A stretch of DNA of 63,421 nucleotides, filler included, from Licmophora abbreviata (lineage: Eukaryota): NCBI GenBank assembly GCA_900291995.1. It is 11 parts of 11 records of this genome, joined end to end, with 100 filler letters (N's around TTAATTAATTAA, not from the genome) between each part and the next. Parts side by side here need not be neighbours in the genome. Positions count along the whole stretch, not along the records: positions 61,295 to 63,421 come from OLMU01000234.1; 10 more parts are not named here. One strand, 5' to 3'. The notes under the pieces were generated by a model. It ran no database searches. It saw only the letters and a list, made by a program, of their open reading frames with translations, and was not told the DNA's origin. Positions 61,295 through 63,421 of the stretch are shown here, one piece after another. The position numbers and the translations under genes were made by a program. The first letter of the stretch is position 1. The number at the start of each line of letters is the position of its first letter.

Positions 61295-63369
61295 CGGGCT
61301 TGGCCCTGACTAAGATGGGGTCACAGCGCAACCTTATCCAGAAGAAGCGCCGAGCTAGCCTCAGTGGACCCGCTCTCATGAGTAGAGCTGAGCTGGTGAG
61401 ACGGAGCAGCGTCCTGAGCAACAGCACGAAGGACCTCTTGCTCGAAGGCGGTCCGATCGATCGTCCAGGGGAAGATGATATATTTCGTGGGGAAGGAATT
61501 AATGCCCTCAAGCTAGATACAGTCGCCTTTCCAGACATTCCCAAGGGCCCCAACATGAACGGACGGAGTGTTTCCTTGACAAAACTGGCGACGTTGAAGC
61601 GTCCGCCACGATCGCGGTTGAAGTCGGAAGGAAGTCGGAAGTCTGTAACATTCAAGGCCGACCATGAACTCCACGAGATCAATGACATTCCCGGCCGTGT
61701 CGTCGAAGCTGGCTATCGCCGACCATCGGATGCTAGCGACATATCGGAACTGAGTGTCAAGGATCCGTTCTCGTCGACAAGCACCATGTCATCGACAGCT
61801 CTGCTTGAGACAATCCCTTCCACGTCCATGTCGTCTATCCCATCCCTGCGACACGCTCATCCGGTTCGCTCCAACTCTATATCATCCATTCCATCGCTTC
61901 ATCACGGACATCCGATTCGCGGGGACTCACTTTCGTCGATACCATCGCTTCACCATGCGCACCACGTTCACTCGGAGTCGAACATGTCGCTGCCGAGTCA
62001 AACAAGCCCTCGGTCGCAGTCCATTTCAAGCTTTCAGTCGGACACAAAGGAAGTCCAGTCGAACGCTGCATGGACATCGCCACTGCCTAGCAAGGAAGGT
62101 GAGCAACGGCAACAACTTCTCCGCCATCCCGACCAGGAGCCGCGAAGAGCTATGCTATTTCGTCAGGCGTCAAGGAGCTTCGATAATGGACAAGGAATCG
62201 AAGTCAGCGAGGTTGATTCGCTTTCATCAGATCACCAAGTCGACACCCTTTCAGACGCCCGTAGGTTCAGCAGCATGATCTCGATGGGAGACTCGACGAA
62301 TGGTGGTCTTTCCGCTAGCTCGTTTGATGAAACATCCAACCGACGAAGTGTATTTCGCGAGATTCGCGCCACCCTATCGGATGAGAATTTGTCCAGCATA
62401 TTCCTCGGCACCTCAAGTAAGTTCGAACGATATGGTAGCTCGCTGTCCTTTGGATCAACTGTGAGTCTTCTCTAACCGCCTTGTGTGTGTGTTTCGGCAG
62501 AGGCACTCATCGAGGATTCGGTGCGATCCACTGACCTCCGCGAGGACGAAGAACGTGATGACTCATGGGACATGGATGGCAGCGACGACGAGGGACAATA
62601 CGACGCTTGGGATGTGCTGAAGAATGAGAATAATATTGACTACGGAAGTTCGATTCCGTTTTTGATCCTTGGTACCTCTGGAGATGACGCAGCCGCCACT
62701 CCACACGTGCTATCTCCTCCTCTCTTGGAGAGCCTACAAAACTTTCTGCCGTACTCTGTTTCGGAAGACAACTTTTGGATGAAGTACAGCTTGTTGCGCG
62801 ATGGGGCCTCATTGTACACGATGCTTCAGCAGATTCGTGGCGCCAGGCACACAATAATTGCTTTGGAAACGTGGGATGGCGAGGTCTTTGGTTCGTTCAC
62901 GTCGGCGTCATGGCGGAAAAACTGGAATTACTTTGGAACGGGCGAGGCGTTCTTGTGGCGAATGCGACAATCGCGCAAGACCGTTTGCTCTTCCATCATT
63001 GACCAAGCGCACATGGAGAGTGAGCTTGACGTGTACCCCTGGACTGGGGACAACGAGTGTGTGCAGTTGTGTACAAGCGAAATGATTGCAGTGGGGGGCG
63101 GAGATGTGGATCGGATGAAAGGCAATGTGGAGGGTGGTGACGAGAAGAATGCTCCAGAGTATGGCTTCGGGTTGACTATCGACAACGAGTTACTTTACGG
63201 AACGTCGACGGACTGTGCGACGTTTGGAAGCCCCCCTCTCAGTCTGGAACATAGCGACGGGTCCCGATTCGAAATCGTTAACCTCGAAGTCTGGACCATG
63301 ACGCCATGCATGCGACTGGAAGAAGCCGAGAAGCTGGAATTGGGAAAACTGTTTCTGGAAAGCAAATGA
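61295..63369 (+). CDS. TLDc-domain (OXR1-like) protein, 5' end truncated by linker
   Basis: YSLLRDGASLYTM, GEVFGSF, YFGTGEAFLW, IAVGGG, CATFGSP, LEVW; intron 62417..62500. Confidence 0.9.
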
Positions 63370-63421
63370 GACGAACATTGACTTCCTTGTATACGTATTC
63401 GGGTTTTGTCTGTTTCATGAT

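Noticed and set aside
62461..62500. 40-nt intron using the GTGAGT donor at 62461
   Set aside because: It gives the wrong phase; the GTAAGT donor at 62417 restores the TLDc frame.

Overview
Gene-dense nuclear DNA from a eukaryote, most likely a diatom or other photosynthetic stramenopile. This rests on short GT-AG introns, bipartite signal/plastid presequences, plastid PRK and Tic22. The window consists of 11 sequence blocks joined by ten artificial 100-nt linkers (N44-TTAATTAATTAA-N44); at least two genes run across a linker, so some blocks are in genomic order. About 33 protein genes are supported, including MECR, a TBC Rab-GAP, two tandem MATE transporters, a prolyl 4-hydroxylase, SMC5, PEX11, a P/U-type cyclin, organellar ThrRS, RPL37 (absent from the ORF track), cysteine synthase, a SET protein, NNT, Tic22, PRK, a UBX protein, an HSF and a TLDc protein, plus a Ty3/Gypsy integrase fragment. 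No tRNA, rRNA or CRISPR array was found. The most unusual items are a YEATS-like/amidoligase fusion, a ~1,950-aa protein with a RelA/SpoT-like nucleotidyltransferase domain, repeats and TPR-like helices, an NNT with an apparent plastid presequence, a long structured RPL37 intron, and an identical 15-bp E2F/CHR-like motif upstream of two genes. All calls are from reading motifs by eye; no database searches were run.
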